DNA of 64,000 nt from Blasia pusilla. Taxonomy: Eukaryota. A program made the position numbers and the translations under genes. The notes beneath the pieces are model-generated. The model saw only the letters and a program-made list of their open reading frames with translations. It was not told the DNA's origin and did not search any database. This document shows positions 51,285 through 64,000 of this stretch, piece after piece. The stretch is from contig CM114271.1 in assembly GCA_050084515.1 (NCBI GenBank), positions 34,038,001-34,102,000 of the forward strand. Direction: 5' to 3'. Each line of letters starts with the position of its first letter. Position 1 is the first letter of the stretch.

Positions 51285-51773
51285 GTAAGCTTCCGAGCAT
51301 GAGATATGCCACCTTTTGTTGATTTTGCAAGGAGGGGACCGTGTTCCTTATGTTAAAGTCCTTACAAAAATCCAAATACTAAGTAGGTACATATGTCTCT
51401 AGCTTCAAAGATGCTTTGTTCTAGCCTTAGGGAACTTGGTAAATCCCTAACACTGGTTGTACCTTAGTCAACTAAAGATTGGAGCATTTGGTATCCATCT
51501 TGCATCTACAAACATGTAACTCTTTCCTAATATCTTCCAACTAGTATGATGGGAAAAAGGTCAACACTAAGCTAAAAAATCTACATGAAGATCTCCCTAA
51601 CGAGTGTAACCACATGGTCCATGCTTAAGGTTGAGCCTTCAATGCCTAAAAGCTAGTGCATTGGATCTCATTGACTCTCAAGCAATTCGACCTATATGGC
51701 TTTCTTAGGAATCTTGGGTCTCATCTTCCCTTTAGACAATGAAGCTACTTTTGGTCTCATGGCTTGTAACTTG

Positions 51774-52225
51774 TGTCGTGCGCATACACATCGCTACACA
51801 ACATACATCGTTGTCACCGAACACACACACAGACATGCACGATCCCATGCTAACTCATGGCATCCAAACAATGAGACAAGAAGTACTAAAATATCTCCAA
51901 TAAAATAAGATCTAATCTATCTCACAACACCATAGTTCTCACATGTGTGCACTCTTACATGTCTCTCTCAATGTCAAACCAAACCCACTCTCCTAATGAG
52001 AGGCTTGGGTTACACACACAAGGCAAGCAAGACCATAACTCCTCCGCCTCATGCCAAGAGGTTCAACAAAGAGAGAATGAGCTCTCAAGCTCTCTCTCCT
52101 TGAGGTATATCCCTCCCCTCTCCCAAACTCTCTCCATGGTAACCGAACACACACACCAACACGCACGATCCCATGCTAACTCATGGCATCCAAACAACGA
52201 GACAAGAAGTACTAAAATATCTCCA
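51774..52225 (-). repeat. 3' LTR of copy 2 with an internal 86-bp direct repeat
   Basis: TG after the PPT; ends GCGCACGACA like copy 1. 52142-52227 is repeated at 51816-51901. Confidence 0.75.
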
Positions 52226-52419
52226 ATCGTCCCCCTAATTGGTGGTTATGTCCCCCTAACTCCAGATAGCCCTTTATCCCTACCTACCACGACATACATT
52301 TCTATGACGCTAAGAGCATAAAGGCCAGGTGCTCATGTGGCCCCATCGTTAGTCGCCTTCCTGTCATCCATGTCATAAAAAAAGTCGAAATCGAAACCTA
52401 CCTAGTATCTCCTCTATGT

Positions 52420-52550
52420 ACATTTGGGACACATCCATCCCGAGGAACCCTAGTGAGAGGTGGCGTCAGACATGCCATATGCCAACCTCTCGAACATCCA
52501 TCACAGACTAGCATCGTGGCCGTACCACGAGCAAAATCACACAACATACA
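52420..52550 (-). pseudogene. PHD finger of copy 2
   Basis: CMLCDFARGTATMLVCDGCSRGWHMACLTPPLTRVPR, then after a frameshift GWMCPKC. Confidence 0.9.
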
Positions 52551-52599
52551 ACGCAAGCCTGCAGGAACTACTGCTAAGTTTGGATCTACTATACCATCA

Positions 52600-53720
52600 A
52601 TGTTAGGAAGATGATATGACACACAATTACGCACATGGTCTTTCCATACCATACCATCGCGTCCCTCAAACAAGAGAACACCAGATGGCAAAATGTCCCG
52701 CACTCTCAAGACAGTGCGCCCTGTAGTCACATCCAACGTCATCGGTGCCTTCTACTATAAGTAAACATATCTCCCTGATGAAACCTCCAGATAGTTGGTC
52801 GATAACCACCACCCGAATAGCCGCATACCTCAACATATCCCAATGCTGCGCAATCGCCAAGTTCTCGAACGCCATGGGCATCACTCTCCAAAACAACTCA
52901 GCCCTCTAAGAATATGCTCGCATCCATACATCTGGGTCGTCAAGGTCCAACACCTCACCAGTATCTTGAGGAATGGCCGGAGGTAAATCTGGCCAAGAGC
53001 CAGAGAGCCAGATTATGGCCGAGAGCCAGATTTACCTCCCGCCATAAAGTAGCAAGTACGATGAAAAAGACGCTAAGGATGCCTGCCTGCTGAATCTGTA
53101 TCCCATTGCCAACCACGGAAACCGGAGGTCCCAATCTCCTAGGTGAACTCTCTGCAAGCCATACTTGCATAAATCCCTCTTCAGTGTCTGCACAACTCTC
53201 TCCGCTAATCCATCCGCCTCAGGATGATCTCGCGAAGTCGTGCGGTGGTCGATCAGCGCCTGGAACTCACCTCGAAACTCGGTACCTTGGTCTGTCAACA
53301 CCTTAGATGGTGCACCGTAATGACTTGGCACTCGATCTAGGAAGGCATATGCTACTCCCTCACTCACTTTGTTAAGCAATGCAACCAACTCGATCCACTT
53401 CGAGAAGTGCTCGATCATCACCAACACATAACGACTGTGACGCTCCGTCAAAGGCAAAGGTCCTGCAAAATCCAAACTCCATCTATACCCTAAGCCATGA
53501 TCGGTAATGGATGCAAATGTGGAGTCGGAGAATTGAACGATGCTCGGACCCATTCACACACCATGCACCTGGTAACAAACTGCTGAAGGTCAGTCTGCAT
53601 GCCTCGCCACCAATAATGAATCTAGAGCAAGCTATACGTCCGCTTCACCCCAAAATGACCAAACTCCTCGTGGGCATGCTGCACTAGTCGTGCTCTTTGC
53701 AAAGGATGCGGCACTACGCG
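52600..53720 (-). pseudogene. Integrase of copy 2
   Basis: HEEFGHFG, SLDFAGP, VLTDQGTEF, DGLAERVVQTLK. Confidence 0.92.
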
Positions 53721-54029
53721 TACTGTGCGTTCCTCCCAAACCCTCAAAACATGTGTCCCCTCCCAACGGAACCATCTGGCCCACTGTAGGATCCGATCCA
53801 ACTCTCTAGCACCCACTGTGCTCGCGACGCTGCCAGTACGAAGGTACTCCAAGACTACTACATCATCATGAATATCTCGGCCACTTGTCGTCTTCTCACT
53901 GACCTCGGGATGCAAGGACTCTCCGCTAGACCTCGCCATCAAAGTCTCCACACTCTGGCTCTCCATATCCAACATGCCTAAATAGGCTGACGAGTGTCAT
54001 CTTGGCATTGACTCCTCATCACTCTCTCC

Positions 54030-54494
54030 ATGCCATCGAGCTTCAGTCGCATCTTGTTGACTTGGGCATGGGTTACGACTCAACCCATCTGCATCTTGGT
54101 TGAGCATCCCAGGTCTATGTACCACCTGAAAATCATACTCTTGCAGCAACAGAGCCCATCATGCAAGCTTCCCTGTAAGCGTGTCGGACTCCATCAACCA
54201 CTTCAGTGGTTGATGATAAGTGATGATGGTAAAGGGGTTGCCGAATAAGTAACACTTGAAATGCGCGATAGTCCACACCGCAGCCAAGAACTCACCCTCA
54301 TACGAGCTGTACTTTGCCTCTGCAACGTTGTTCAAGCGGCTAGCATAAGCCACCACGAACTCTCTACCCTCATCATCATGTTGGGTGAGCACTGCTCCAA
54401 GCCCCAACATGCTCCAATCTGTGTGCAAGTGGAATGGACGCCCCCTGATCGGTCTCCTCAAGATGGGCACGGACGTCAACCTGTCCTTGAGCAA
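54030..54494 (-). pseudogene. RNase H of copy 2
   Basis: FHLHTDWSMLGLGAVL...YSSYEGEFLAAVW...DADGLSR. Confidence 0.92.
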
Positions 54495-54673
54495 CTAAAA
54501 TGCTCACTCCTGCTCATTCCCCCACTGCCACTTGTGATCCACCTTGGTCAGCAAGGTTAGTGGCTTTGCAATGGAACTGAATCCATTCACGTACCGCCGA
54601 TAGAAGTTCGCAAATCCCATGAATGCGCGAACACGACTTACATCTGTAGGGCGTAGAATGCGTGAGATAGCCT

Positions 54674-55460
54674 CTACCTTCTTCTGCTGAACACCAAGGC
54701 CCCCTGGGTATATATTGTATGACCCAAGTACTCAATCTGGTCGTAGAAGAACTTGCGCTTGCCTGGATGTAGCTTCAGCCCATGTAATTGCAATCGTCGA
54801 AACACCTCCTCAAGATTTCGCTCATGCTCCTCAATCGTGGCGCTAAAGACTACAATGTCATCAATATAACACTTACCAAAATCCAGACCAGCCAAGATCC
54901 TATCCATGACCCTCTGAAACTCAGCCGGGGTGTTCTTTAACCCAAATGGTAAGAACCACCACTGGTACAAACAATCCTTCCCGCGAGGATCGATGCCCCA
55001 AAATACCGTCTTCTGCCTATCCTCCAATCTGATAGGGAGCTGATGGTATCCCGCTCGCAAATCCAATGAAGTGAAGACCTTTGCGCGACCAATCGCATCA
55101 AAGATCTCCTCAAGGGTGGGCATGGCATACCTATTGGACTTTGTCTGCCGATTGATAGGTCGGTAATCCCCACACATCCGCATATCCGTCTAGTTGCCAT
55201 GTACATCCTTCTTGGCGGGCATGATAGTGGCAGATGCATACTCCCCATGTGACATCTCCACTAGTCGTACTCCGACCAAGTCCTGGCTCCTACTCTGAAT
55301 TAGAGCCCTCTCCATATCAATGTACATGTAGGATTGTCAAAAGATCGGCGTATCACTCGACAACTGAATGCGGATCCCGAGTCCCTTTAGCGTACCCAAA
55401 TCCTCCATGCTAAATGCAAAGTAGCTCCTATAACTCATGAGGAACTGATGTATCAAGTGC
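54674..55460 (-). pseudogene. Reverse transcriptase of copy 2
   Basis: RMCGDYRPIN, FTSLDLRAGYHQL, LPFGLKNTPAEFQ, YIDD (54857-54868), IEYLGH. Confidence 0.95.
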
Positions 55461-55859
55461 CGCTCTCCTCTTGTCAACTTAGGGCCCATATTTGGCTCCC
55501 AAATCTCCATCGCGACTACGATAGGACTCTCCGGCGCGGATATCGGTGGTTGCTATGGTGCAACCCCGTCTCGAACGACAAAACTTGGCCGCTCTAGTGC
55601 AGCCAACTGCAAACTCTGATCTCCTCCACATGCCGTGCCCGGAACGACGCTCGATGTTGTGGCTATCATCTCCTAGCGTACCTGCAAAACATCCCAAGAA
55701 CTCCAAGGGTGTCTCTCCCGATCTCCCTTGGTGTGTAGATCTCCTCGAGTCTTGCCCCTAGCCACTACCTCCACCGTCCGGTAGGCATGGGGCTCACCAA
55801 CGCAACCGCTGTAATCTGTCGCGATCTCATACGGCGCTGCTCAGCCACTCCCAAGTTGA

Positions 55860-56690
55860 GGATCCATGTCAAGCAGTTCATGTGCATTTCCTGGCCTAAG
55901 GCATGGCGTCGTGCTGCCTCTGACACTAACGCTACTGCCGTCACTCCTGTGGGAAATCCCATCGCTCGCTCTCTCTCGTCGGCGTTGGGCTCCACCAACC
56001 GTTGAACCTGGTCATCGCAAACCAAGCCAGGACCGGCCTCCTTGTATGCATAGGAGGCGGGAAAAATCACAAACGTGGGCAAGGTTGCTCGCGGCCTGCC
56101 TACCCTGTTGACCACAGTCAACGGTGGACAATCATTGTGCCTCATTGCCTGTGGTTGATGACCTGGATCGAGAATGGAATCCACTAACAAATGGGAGGGG
56201 CGCTCCACTCTCGCATACGCCCTCCGTAACACCGCATGGGACACCAAATTGGTCCACCATAGACGCGGGCGATGGGCTCTAGAACCTACACTCGCTGTAT
56301 CCAAGAACACTACTGAGCCGATCCAGGCACGCATCTGATGAGCGCTTGTCACCACCCGTGACCTGGAGTCTCCTAAGATCGGCACATTTTCTAGAATGTA
56401 GGTTGGAGAACGAGACTGATGCTCCTGCAACTACCGTAAGACCCTCAACATCTCCCAAAACAACCTCGACCGAGTGTTAGCCAACCCGCTGCCTCGTCCA
56501 ACACTCGATTGGCCCTGATAAGGCCAACCAGCAATGACCATATCAATGGTTCCTACCGGCTCTAAGTCATGCGCCCCCAACAACGAAATATCCCTCGATA
56601 GGGAACTCTGGTACCCCTGTACTGCGGACGCAGATAATAAGTCGGGAAAACATAGGTGTAATTGGGCCATATGTCGTAGTGAGACGCGGT
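55860..56690 (-). pseudogene. DNMT3-like C5 cytosine methyltransferase domain in pol of copy 2 (motifs III-X)
   Basis: RDISLL (III), IDMVIAGWPYQG (IV), SRLFWEML (V), YILENV (VI, 56383-56391), SRAHRPRLWWTNL (VIII), ERERAMGFP (IX), RRHALGQ (X). Motifs I-II deleted. Confidence 0.9.
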
Positions 56691-56969
56691 CTGCACGTGC
56701 TCATCTGCCAATCGTCAAAGCTTCTCAGTCGAGCCCCACAACGGCACCTCTCTTCCACGGAATGATGCGGCTACCAGAACACTCCTCTCCATAGAAATGT
56801 CAGCAAGGGGAGTATCCTCTGCATGGACATGTCCTTCAATCAAATCACTAGGCCAAGTGATGGCACTGCTAAATGATGCTAAGGTCGCCACCTCTCCTGG
56901 CCGTCGCTCGATCACTGCACCTGTGAATCGAACGGGTAATGAGATAAGACGCCCATCACTTGATTGCCA

Positions 56970-57295
56970 TCCTGGTCTGTAGGACGTTGACTCCTCCCAA
57001 TAATCCAGGGAAAACCCCATCGGGTATAACACTGCTCCACCAACCAAGACGTCATAGGACTTTGCATCAGTCACTATCGCCTTGGCTCGCACTAGAGACT
57101 CATATGTAGGATGTCCCGGGCGAATCCTCACCACGACCTCCTGTCGGGTGATATACCTCGTGGTACTCTCTCAACCCAAGGATGTATGTATCCGGAATGG
57201 ACAACGCTCCACATCGGCTCTCGTCAAGCCCAATCCTCTGAATGACGCTTTCCCCAACATCAGGGGTTGCGCTCGTGAATCCAACAAGACGCGCT
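56970..57295 (-). pseudogene. Aspartic protease of copy 2
   Basis: RVLLDSRAQPLMLG (DSG changed to DSR) and YDVLVGG. Confidence 0.85.
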
Positions 57296-57439
57296 GCGGA
57301 CTAAAAGCTCTACCTCCGAGACTCACCAACTGGAAGACCTCTCCTCGGTTATCTAGCAAACAACACTAGGAGAAGCCATGGCCTCCATCTGGGCAACCCC
57401 GCACATCCAACCATGATCCTCCATATCTCAAGCTGCTCC

Positions 57440-59031
57440 CTATGATGTCGATGCCACGGATCCGGCATCGGGTAATCTCAATGCCATAGCGGCAATCTGC
57501 TCCTGTATCTGAGCTGCCATCCTAGCCTCACGTCTGGCATCTCCCTGGATGCGTCTTGGTGGTAGGACTCTACCTCCTCCATGAGCAGCTCCACCACCAT
57601 GTTGGGCAACTCTTGCTCCTCGTTTCCCAACGGGACCACCTTGTGCACGATCTCTAGGCCTACTTGGACCGGCTACTCGCTCTGGTGCCCTCTCTAGCCC
57701 TCGGTCCGGACGTAACTCAGGATGTAAACTGAAACACTTGGCGCGTGTATGACCATACCTCTGACAATAGTCATATTGATCACCTCGTGGTGCATCACCA
57801 TCTCCTCCTGCATGCTGAGGCACACGTCCATGACCCTGACGAGTGCAATCGCGCTGATGATGGGCTCCACCACATGACCAACAAGTAATAGTAGGCGGCT
57901 GCTGGTCAGCTGCATATGAAGGCGCAGGTCTCTGTGACACGGCCTCTCGGTATCCTCCCTGAGCTCGTGGTGCCACAATCGACCTATCTTGGAGTCCACG
58001 TCGCTGCACAGGTGGTGCAGACAATCGCGACTGCTCTCGCCTAGAACCCATGGTGGCTACGCTCTCCTCCGCCATGTTGCGCTCAATGTTCTCAGCAGTC
58101 CTAAAAATATCTCTCAACGTAGGGGAGGTGTTCATAAGAAGCATCCCCTCCCGCACCCGTGTCCACAGGATCCGGTCCAGCATCGCGTACCATGAGTGGA
58201 TAGCCTAGGCTCTGTCACCCCTTGAGTGACGTTGATCAACCAACACAAGCGAGTGTAAGCCTCACGCAAACTCTCACCCGGGCGCCTCTGGAAGTCGTGG
58301 ATGCTACGCAATTTCTCTGGCCGTACCCCCTGGTAGCTCGTCCTCAACTCAACAAAGAACTCAATCACAGGGCTGAACCTGGGACAAACCCGACTAGACG
58401 GTGCAACTGCTCCCGTGCGAGTGACCCCTCCTAAAATGTCACCAGTGGAAGAGGAAGTAGCCTCTCCTGAATCCTCCTCCTCATGTAGGAACGGCTCCGT
58501 CCATGACACATAATGTGGGTCATAGTAGAGCCTCCACGCCTCGATCTCACGTGCATATCTCTGAGAGAACTCATGGTTATCGTCTATGGGCTCCCCCTCT
58601 AAATGCTGGAATATACTGTTCCATGCTGTAAACGGGTTGAACTCTCTAGAGTTCTTGGCTTGTTGGGAGTCTCACCAACTCCTAAACTCTGCTATGAAAT
58701 CGTGCAACTCAATCGTACCTACTGCACCTGAAAACCTACGCGGTCCTCTACCCCAGTCGTCCATCTCGTACGCTCAACTGGTAGGACCACTCACAATGTG
58801 TGGCGATGTGCTCACAAACTCCTCTACACCCTCCCCCTCGTCTGACGATGACATAGAAGGAGGTCGAGGTGGTCCCTCACGTGGAGACCCTCGGAACCTC
58901 GCGCCACTCCGCGTAAAACCTCTAGAGCTACTCTCAGGTTCACCACCTTGCCTCTCAAAGTCCCGAACGGATGCCGTGATGACCCTCGTACCTCTTACCC
59001 GATCACTCTCACGTGGCGAGTAATCCCTCAA
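57440..59031 (-). pseudogene. gag: gag of copy 2
   Basis: FQRRPGESLREAYTRL, CWSCGGAHHQRDC, YDYCQRYGHTRAKC; colinear with copy 1 gag. Confidence 0.85.
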
Positions 59032-60786
59032 TCACTCATCCCAAACATGCGGCACTTGATCTACACTCTCCCTCCCCGAGACGTGTTACGTGCGGCAACA
59101 AGCGGCGTGGTGCGGCAAATCGACCAGGCTATCATCTCATCGACAACCTACCCTCAACTCCGGACATCCCACATAGGTCTATGTCCCCTTAACCTTATAC
59201 ATGAATGATGCTCTCAGCATCTACACAACCCAATATCCCCAAATAAACTATCAAAATCCTAGAATCCCTCACTTGTGCAGGATAAAGGACCAGAATGGAT
59301 AACTTGAACACATGTCTATGTCGCTTCTCAACAATTGCAAATCTCGACCCCAACACGGTCGTGGAGAAAACTCCTCCAATCAACAAGTCATACTCCTCCC
59401 GTACTGACACTGCTCAAAACTGCTCGATAGACAGTGCGGTTCCAGCGGAACGGTGCGTCGTTGCAGGCGACACGGAACGGTTACAAACGGCGCGGCCCTC
59501 GATGGTGGGATGCGGCACTCGGAAGCATACCCTCAATAAAAAATAAACCCAAACTCTGCTCCACAATGATGATGCAGCTCCGCGATCGAGATGGTGTGGT
59601 GCGGCCACAAGCGGCACGACGCGGAAATCGGCGGCGTGTTGCGGCTACGGGCGTCACGACACGGTTCTCGATCGTCGTCGAGCGGCTACCAATCACAACA
59701 TAGCAGCATGAAATCAAAACTCAAACACCATAACCGGAGGTCATTTTCCATCACTGATTGATGACGAAACTGTGATGACGGTGGCGGCCAAAACAAAGTA
59801 CGTGGTGGCGACGCAAGTCAAAGAATCAACGAACGTCGTGGAAGATCCTCCACTCTGTAACGACGGCAATGGCAACCAAAGGGTGGAAAATGGATGGTGG
59901 ACCATTGACGGTGACTATGACGGCGATGGCCGCCGCCGGCGTGGCGGTTGGTTTAGGGTTTGAACAATTTAACCCTAAAAATCGCCTAGCAATGGAAGTT
60001 TTGCAAGATTGACCATTACTTTTTGCTTGCAACTCCAAATTATGTACTATTTGTTGCACAGCGTGCACAACTTCATGATGTATGATAGCATCAAAAAATA
60101 TTTAGAATCAGACATTCCACTAAAAACTTACGGGGACTGTCGTAAAGCCCAATGTCTCTTTCTCCTACACAAAATTTGGCAGCGCTTCCGCGCTGATTTC
60201 TCCCAACAAAAATGTAAAACCTATAAAAATACAAATCAACAAGCTACATGGTGCTCTTGAGAGCACCGGCATGGGGCAACCCACCCCCATAATCAATCTC
60301 TATCAGAAATTGGGTAGCGCTTCTGTGTGCCACTCTTCCACACGAAAAATTGGCAAATGCAATTAACAATCAAAGCAGCCTTTGCTCCGGTGAGCTCTCC
60401 CATGAGCAGCTGAACGGGGAACACGGTCCCCAACCTTCAAAAACAGCGAGTGACCAGCGAGCTCCTCCATGAAGCTCTCTCACAACACTATAGTTCTCAC
60501 ATGTGTGCACTCTCACATATCTCTCTCAATGTCAAACCAAACCCACTCTCCTTGACCTTGGCAGATCTCTTCTTGCCTTTTTTTGATTGACTGCCTTCTT
60601 TTGCCAAAGTGATTATTCTTGCCAAAATGACCCACTTACCCTTGGCCTACTGGTGGTTTTATGTAGTACCACTTTAGAGAGTTTCTCCTCTCCTCCTCTT
60701 AACTAGCCACATGAAAAGACTCTAACCTTAAGCCTTGCAAGTGGAAGAATTAGGCTGGGATCTAAGACCCAACTACTCACACATTT

Positions 60787-61045
60787 ATGTTCGTGGACTT
60801 ACGTCCATCCTATGGAAGGACTTCTCCATGTGGACCCCACCTTTCCCTTCTTTCTCATTCCCTCCACTTTCTGATTTCTTTTTCCTCTCACCTCCACTCC
60901 CTCCCCCCTTATGAGCCCACCTACCATTGCCTTGCCTTCCACCATGAACTATAAGTATGGGCCTCACCTCTTCCAATCCATGTTTATGGACATGTCCGTC
61001 CATATTTGTCCTAGGAACGGACTTGTCCGCTTTTGTGCAACCATG
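60787..61045 (-). mobile_element. hAT-type MITE copy C, truncated
   Basis: On the minus strand it begins CATGGTTGCACAAAA and aligns with 46130-46385 and 46702-46948. The second TIR is missing. Confidence 0.75.
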
Positions 61046-61419
61046 CTTATTAGTGTCCATTGCAAAATGTGATGCATAAAGACAATGTGGTTTTTTTTAG
61101 TTAGAAAAACATATAATCAATTTGATATTCCTATACGTTATTTGCAAAGTTAAACTCTTCCCTAAGTTGAGGATCAATTTCATTTTTCTTCCAAAATATA
61201 ATTGGATTAAATTGCAATGAATCTCTTTTATTTTCAAAGGAGGCATAACATCTTAAGGCAATTACATATTCTATTTGAAATTTTATGACATCTCTTCCCG
61301 TGCACATAAGAATTTTATGAGAAAAAGACTCGTTAAATAAATTACTTTTTAATGTATGAGAAATTAAAACCCAACATGTAAAATATAACGGGGAGAAAAT
61401 TTAATTATATTAAATTAAA

Positions 61420-61520
61420 ATTATGGGATTTAAAGGAAAAGAAGAAAGCCCAAGTAAAGTTTTTGTTGGTGATGAGATTAGTTTATGGGGGCTTTCTTCT
61501 TTTCCTTTCAATCCCATAAT
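61420..61520. repeat. Foldback inverted repeat (~32-bp arms, 1 mismatch)
   Basis: ATTATGGGATTTAAAGGAAAAGAAGAAAGCCC ... GGGCTTTCTTCTTTTCCTTTCAATCCCATAAT. Confidence 0.85.
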
Positions 61521-64000
61521 ATGTAATTTAATAGAATAGAATTATTTTATTTTGACATCATGTGCTTTAATGGACATCACACTACTAGCCTTAGGGTATG
61601 TATGTGACTTCCAATATATCAATCTCTATTAAATAAATTTTGGATTTCATGGGAATTGTGGTAGGTAGTGATAATCTATTAGGAATAGCAAAAAGATGAT
61701 ACAAAACAATTGAATTAACAACATTAAGCGGGAGAAATGATGGAACAAGGGAAGAATATAAAAGTAGAAATGAACATACATTTTTAATTTTAGAAATGTT
61801 GATCAAGATTTTTTTTCAAAATTTATCATTAAATATATTTTCAGTGTAGTAAAATAAGCCCTTCAAAATTGGATTTTCCTTGTCCCTTGTGGAAATTTTA
61901 TGTCTTCTATATATGATCAGATTTTTATTTTTATTTTTTCTTTTCTCTATCCTTACTTCTTTCCCTCTATTCACCAAAGTGCATCACATGAGCATCAAAG
62001 TACTAATAGAAATTAGCTTTATTAAACTAAGCAAAACAAGAGGGAAGGCACATAAGAGGATACACTCCAACCAAAGACTAATTAAGATAGTTTTTCAAGG
62101 GATTTGCTGATTTTCTTCATATATGTAATCATTAAATATTTTCTCTATGTAGGATTAGTGCTATGATATAGAAAGATATGCACTACCTAGAATATGGGAA
62201 GACTCCACTCCGATGGGAGCTGGTCTCCATCCCCCCTTAGAGGCCTTGACTTTGTCATCTTAATATGTGGATGACGCATAATGCCATTTTTTTTCCGCCA
62301 AAGGAAAATTAGACTCGAGAAGTGAGAAGAGGAAAGGTTATAAGTTTTATTTACATTTCCTCACATATTGTCATCCTTCTTAGTTCCTCAAAAGCATTTA
62401 ATTTCCTGTATGGAGAGTAAATGCTATACCATGTCGATCGCCAATTTATACTCCATCCATTCTTGGGTATCTTACTAGTCTTGCTAATGGGAGATGTTAA
62501 TGGATGGCCCTAGTATCTGTCTAACCAATAAAGTAAAATGCCAAATGGTATGTTCACTATCCTTTCTCCAACTTGAATAAAATAACTTTGAATTTTTTTA
62601 ATCTAGTAAAACATCATAATTGATACTTTACTTCGTACCATTATTTAATAGTTATAGGGAGACTACGTGTGCTTAAAATCCGATTCTTCCGGACTTCCTT
62701 CCACTCTCCGATAGTCAAAAGACGTCCTAATACCCCCCACGCGCGAGAGGAAACGAAAGTTGCGAAAAGAAAAAGAAGCGGATAAGGCAATTTTCAATAT
62801 GCAGCGCGAGCGGGAGATTCGGAAGGCGCCTAAGCTGAACACGGAGGTCATGGGGGGCGTCATCACATGTAATGGCCAACGGTCCCCTTTCTAAATTCAG
62901 CCTCTGCGTAGCGGTGTCAAGTGGTATCTTGAGGCACCGCTATTCTAGCCGTAGTCCTGCTAGAAAGGCGAACTTGCGAAGCAGTCGTGGACGGACTCGG
63001 TAGTGGCCGTCACCGATTCTGGGACCCGGTAGCCGGTCGTACTGATGTGTAACTTCCAATCCGCACTTCCGTTGACCCGGAGTTCGGCATCCTGCTCTAA
63101 CGGTCGCGACGAATGGAGAGGGAGTTTGGTAGTCGGTGACCGGTCAACAGTGGCAGTTGCTAGCTGCCCCTCTTTCCGGAATTCCGCCGGAGCACTGGGA
63201 GACCTTCCTTTGCGGCTTTGCCTTCCCACTCTGACCTCACGGGGAGATATTGCCGATCAAGACCAAAAGGCATTTATTTCGCGTCGGGAAATTTTAATTA
63301 AATATTTGAATCGAAACTAGATTGCGGGTGCTCGACGACCGGAGCTGCTGGTATTCGGTACGGCGGATCGGGGGAGAATTTACGTGGGGTTTGAAAGCAT
63401 CACGCGTGACCAGCCATCACTCATCAAGTCTGGTACGAACTGCAGGCCCCCCGATCTCGTCCCGTACCATATTCCTGTCAGGAATATGGTCCCCCGTAGA
63501 TACTCAGAGGCATACCGGGAATTACCGAAAGTCACCTATACGGGTCTAGGAATTCTCAAATACCCGTCGGGAATTTCAAGCTAAAAAAATTAGCGTCGGG
63601 AAACAGCTAAACAATTTCTAAATTCTAGTTGCTACGAGGCTTTCTTGCTAGGTTCATTTTTTATGTGGAAATTTTTTTAAAACACTTGGAGGAAAACATC
63701 TTCGAGAAAATATGTGAGACCTTAAATTGAAGTGGTAAATTAGAGGGGACTAGTATAACTAGGGTGAAAATCACTGTTAGATTATGTTACATTGTACACG
63801 TGCCATCACCACATAGAACCAAAATGGACACGTGTCGAAATCAGACAAGGGATTTCCCAAACCCCGTCAGTAATATGAATGAAATAAAATTCGGAGAAAA
63901 TGAAAATGGATATTAAATTGCAATTTCTATGTCATTAACAACACCCCTCTCACCGATGAACACCTCACAAACCCGTTCTTGGGACATATGTCCTCATCTC

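Larger units (their letters stand above)
51774..60552 (-). mobile_element. Ty3/Gypsy LTR retrotransposon copy 2 (gag-PR-DNMT-RT-RH-INT-PHD), degenerate
   Basis: All Gypsy domains in order on the minus strand, PPT at 52226-52236, 3' LTR at 51774-52225, and a 75-bp LTR remnant at the 5' end (60478-60552 matches 51920-51994). Confidence 0.95.

Noticed and set aside
17254-51774. Composite transposon formed by the two inverted Gypsy copies around the host genes
   Set aside because: The copies are substantially diverged, have different LTRs and share no TSD; they are independent insertions.

Overview
Eukaryotic, land-plant DNA, probably a bryophyte (inferred from gene style and repeat content, not proven). 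Two intron-containing host genes lie on the + strand in the middle: a GYF-domain EXA1/GIGYF-like gene (~24.2-33.9 kb) and an intact 10-exon branched-chain amino acid aminotransferase (38864-43640). They sit in a decayed transposon landscape of Gypsy and Copia remnants, hAT MITEs, Helitron ends and microsatellites. The standout feature is two diverged, degenerate copies of one Ty3/Gypsy LTR-retrotransposon family (9145-17254 on +, 51774-60552 on -). Their pol carries a DNMT3-like C5 cytosine methyltransferase domain between the protease and reverse transcriptase, plus a PHD finger after the integrase. Each copy has lost a different part of the methyltransferase, so together they cover motifs I-X. 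Both have Tyr in place of the catalytic Cys, and both have 3' LTRs that begin with a copy of their own 3' region. Domain calls come from motif recognition by eye; no database searches were run.
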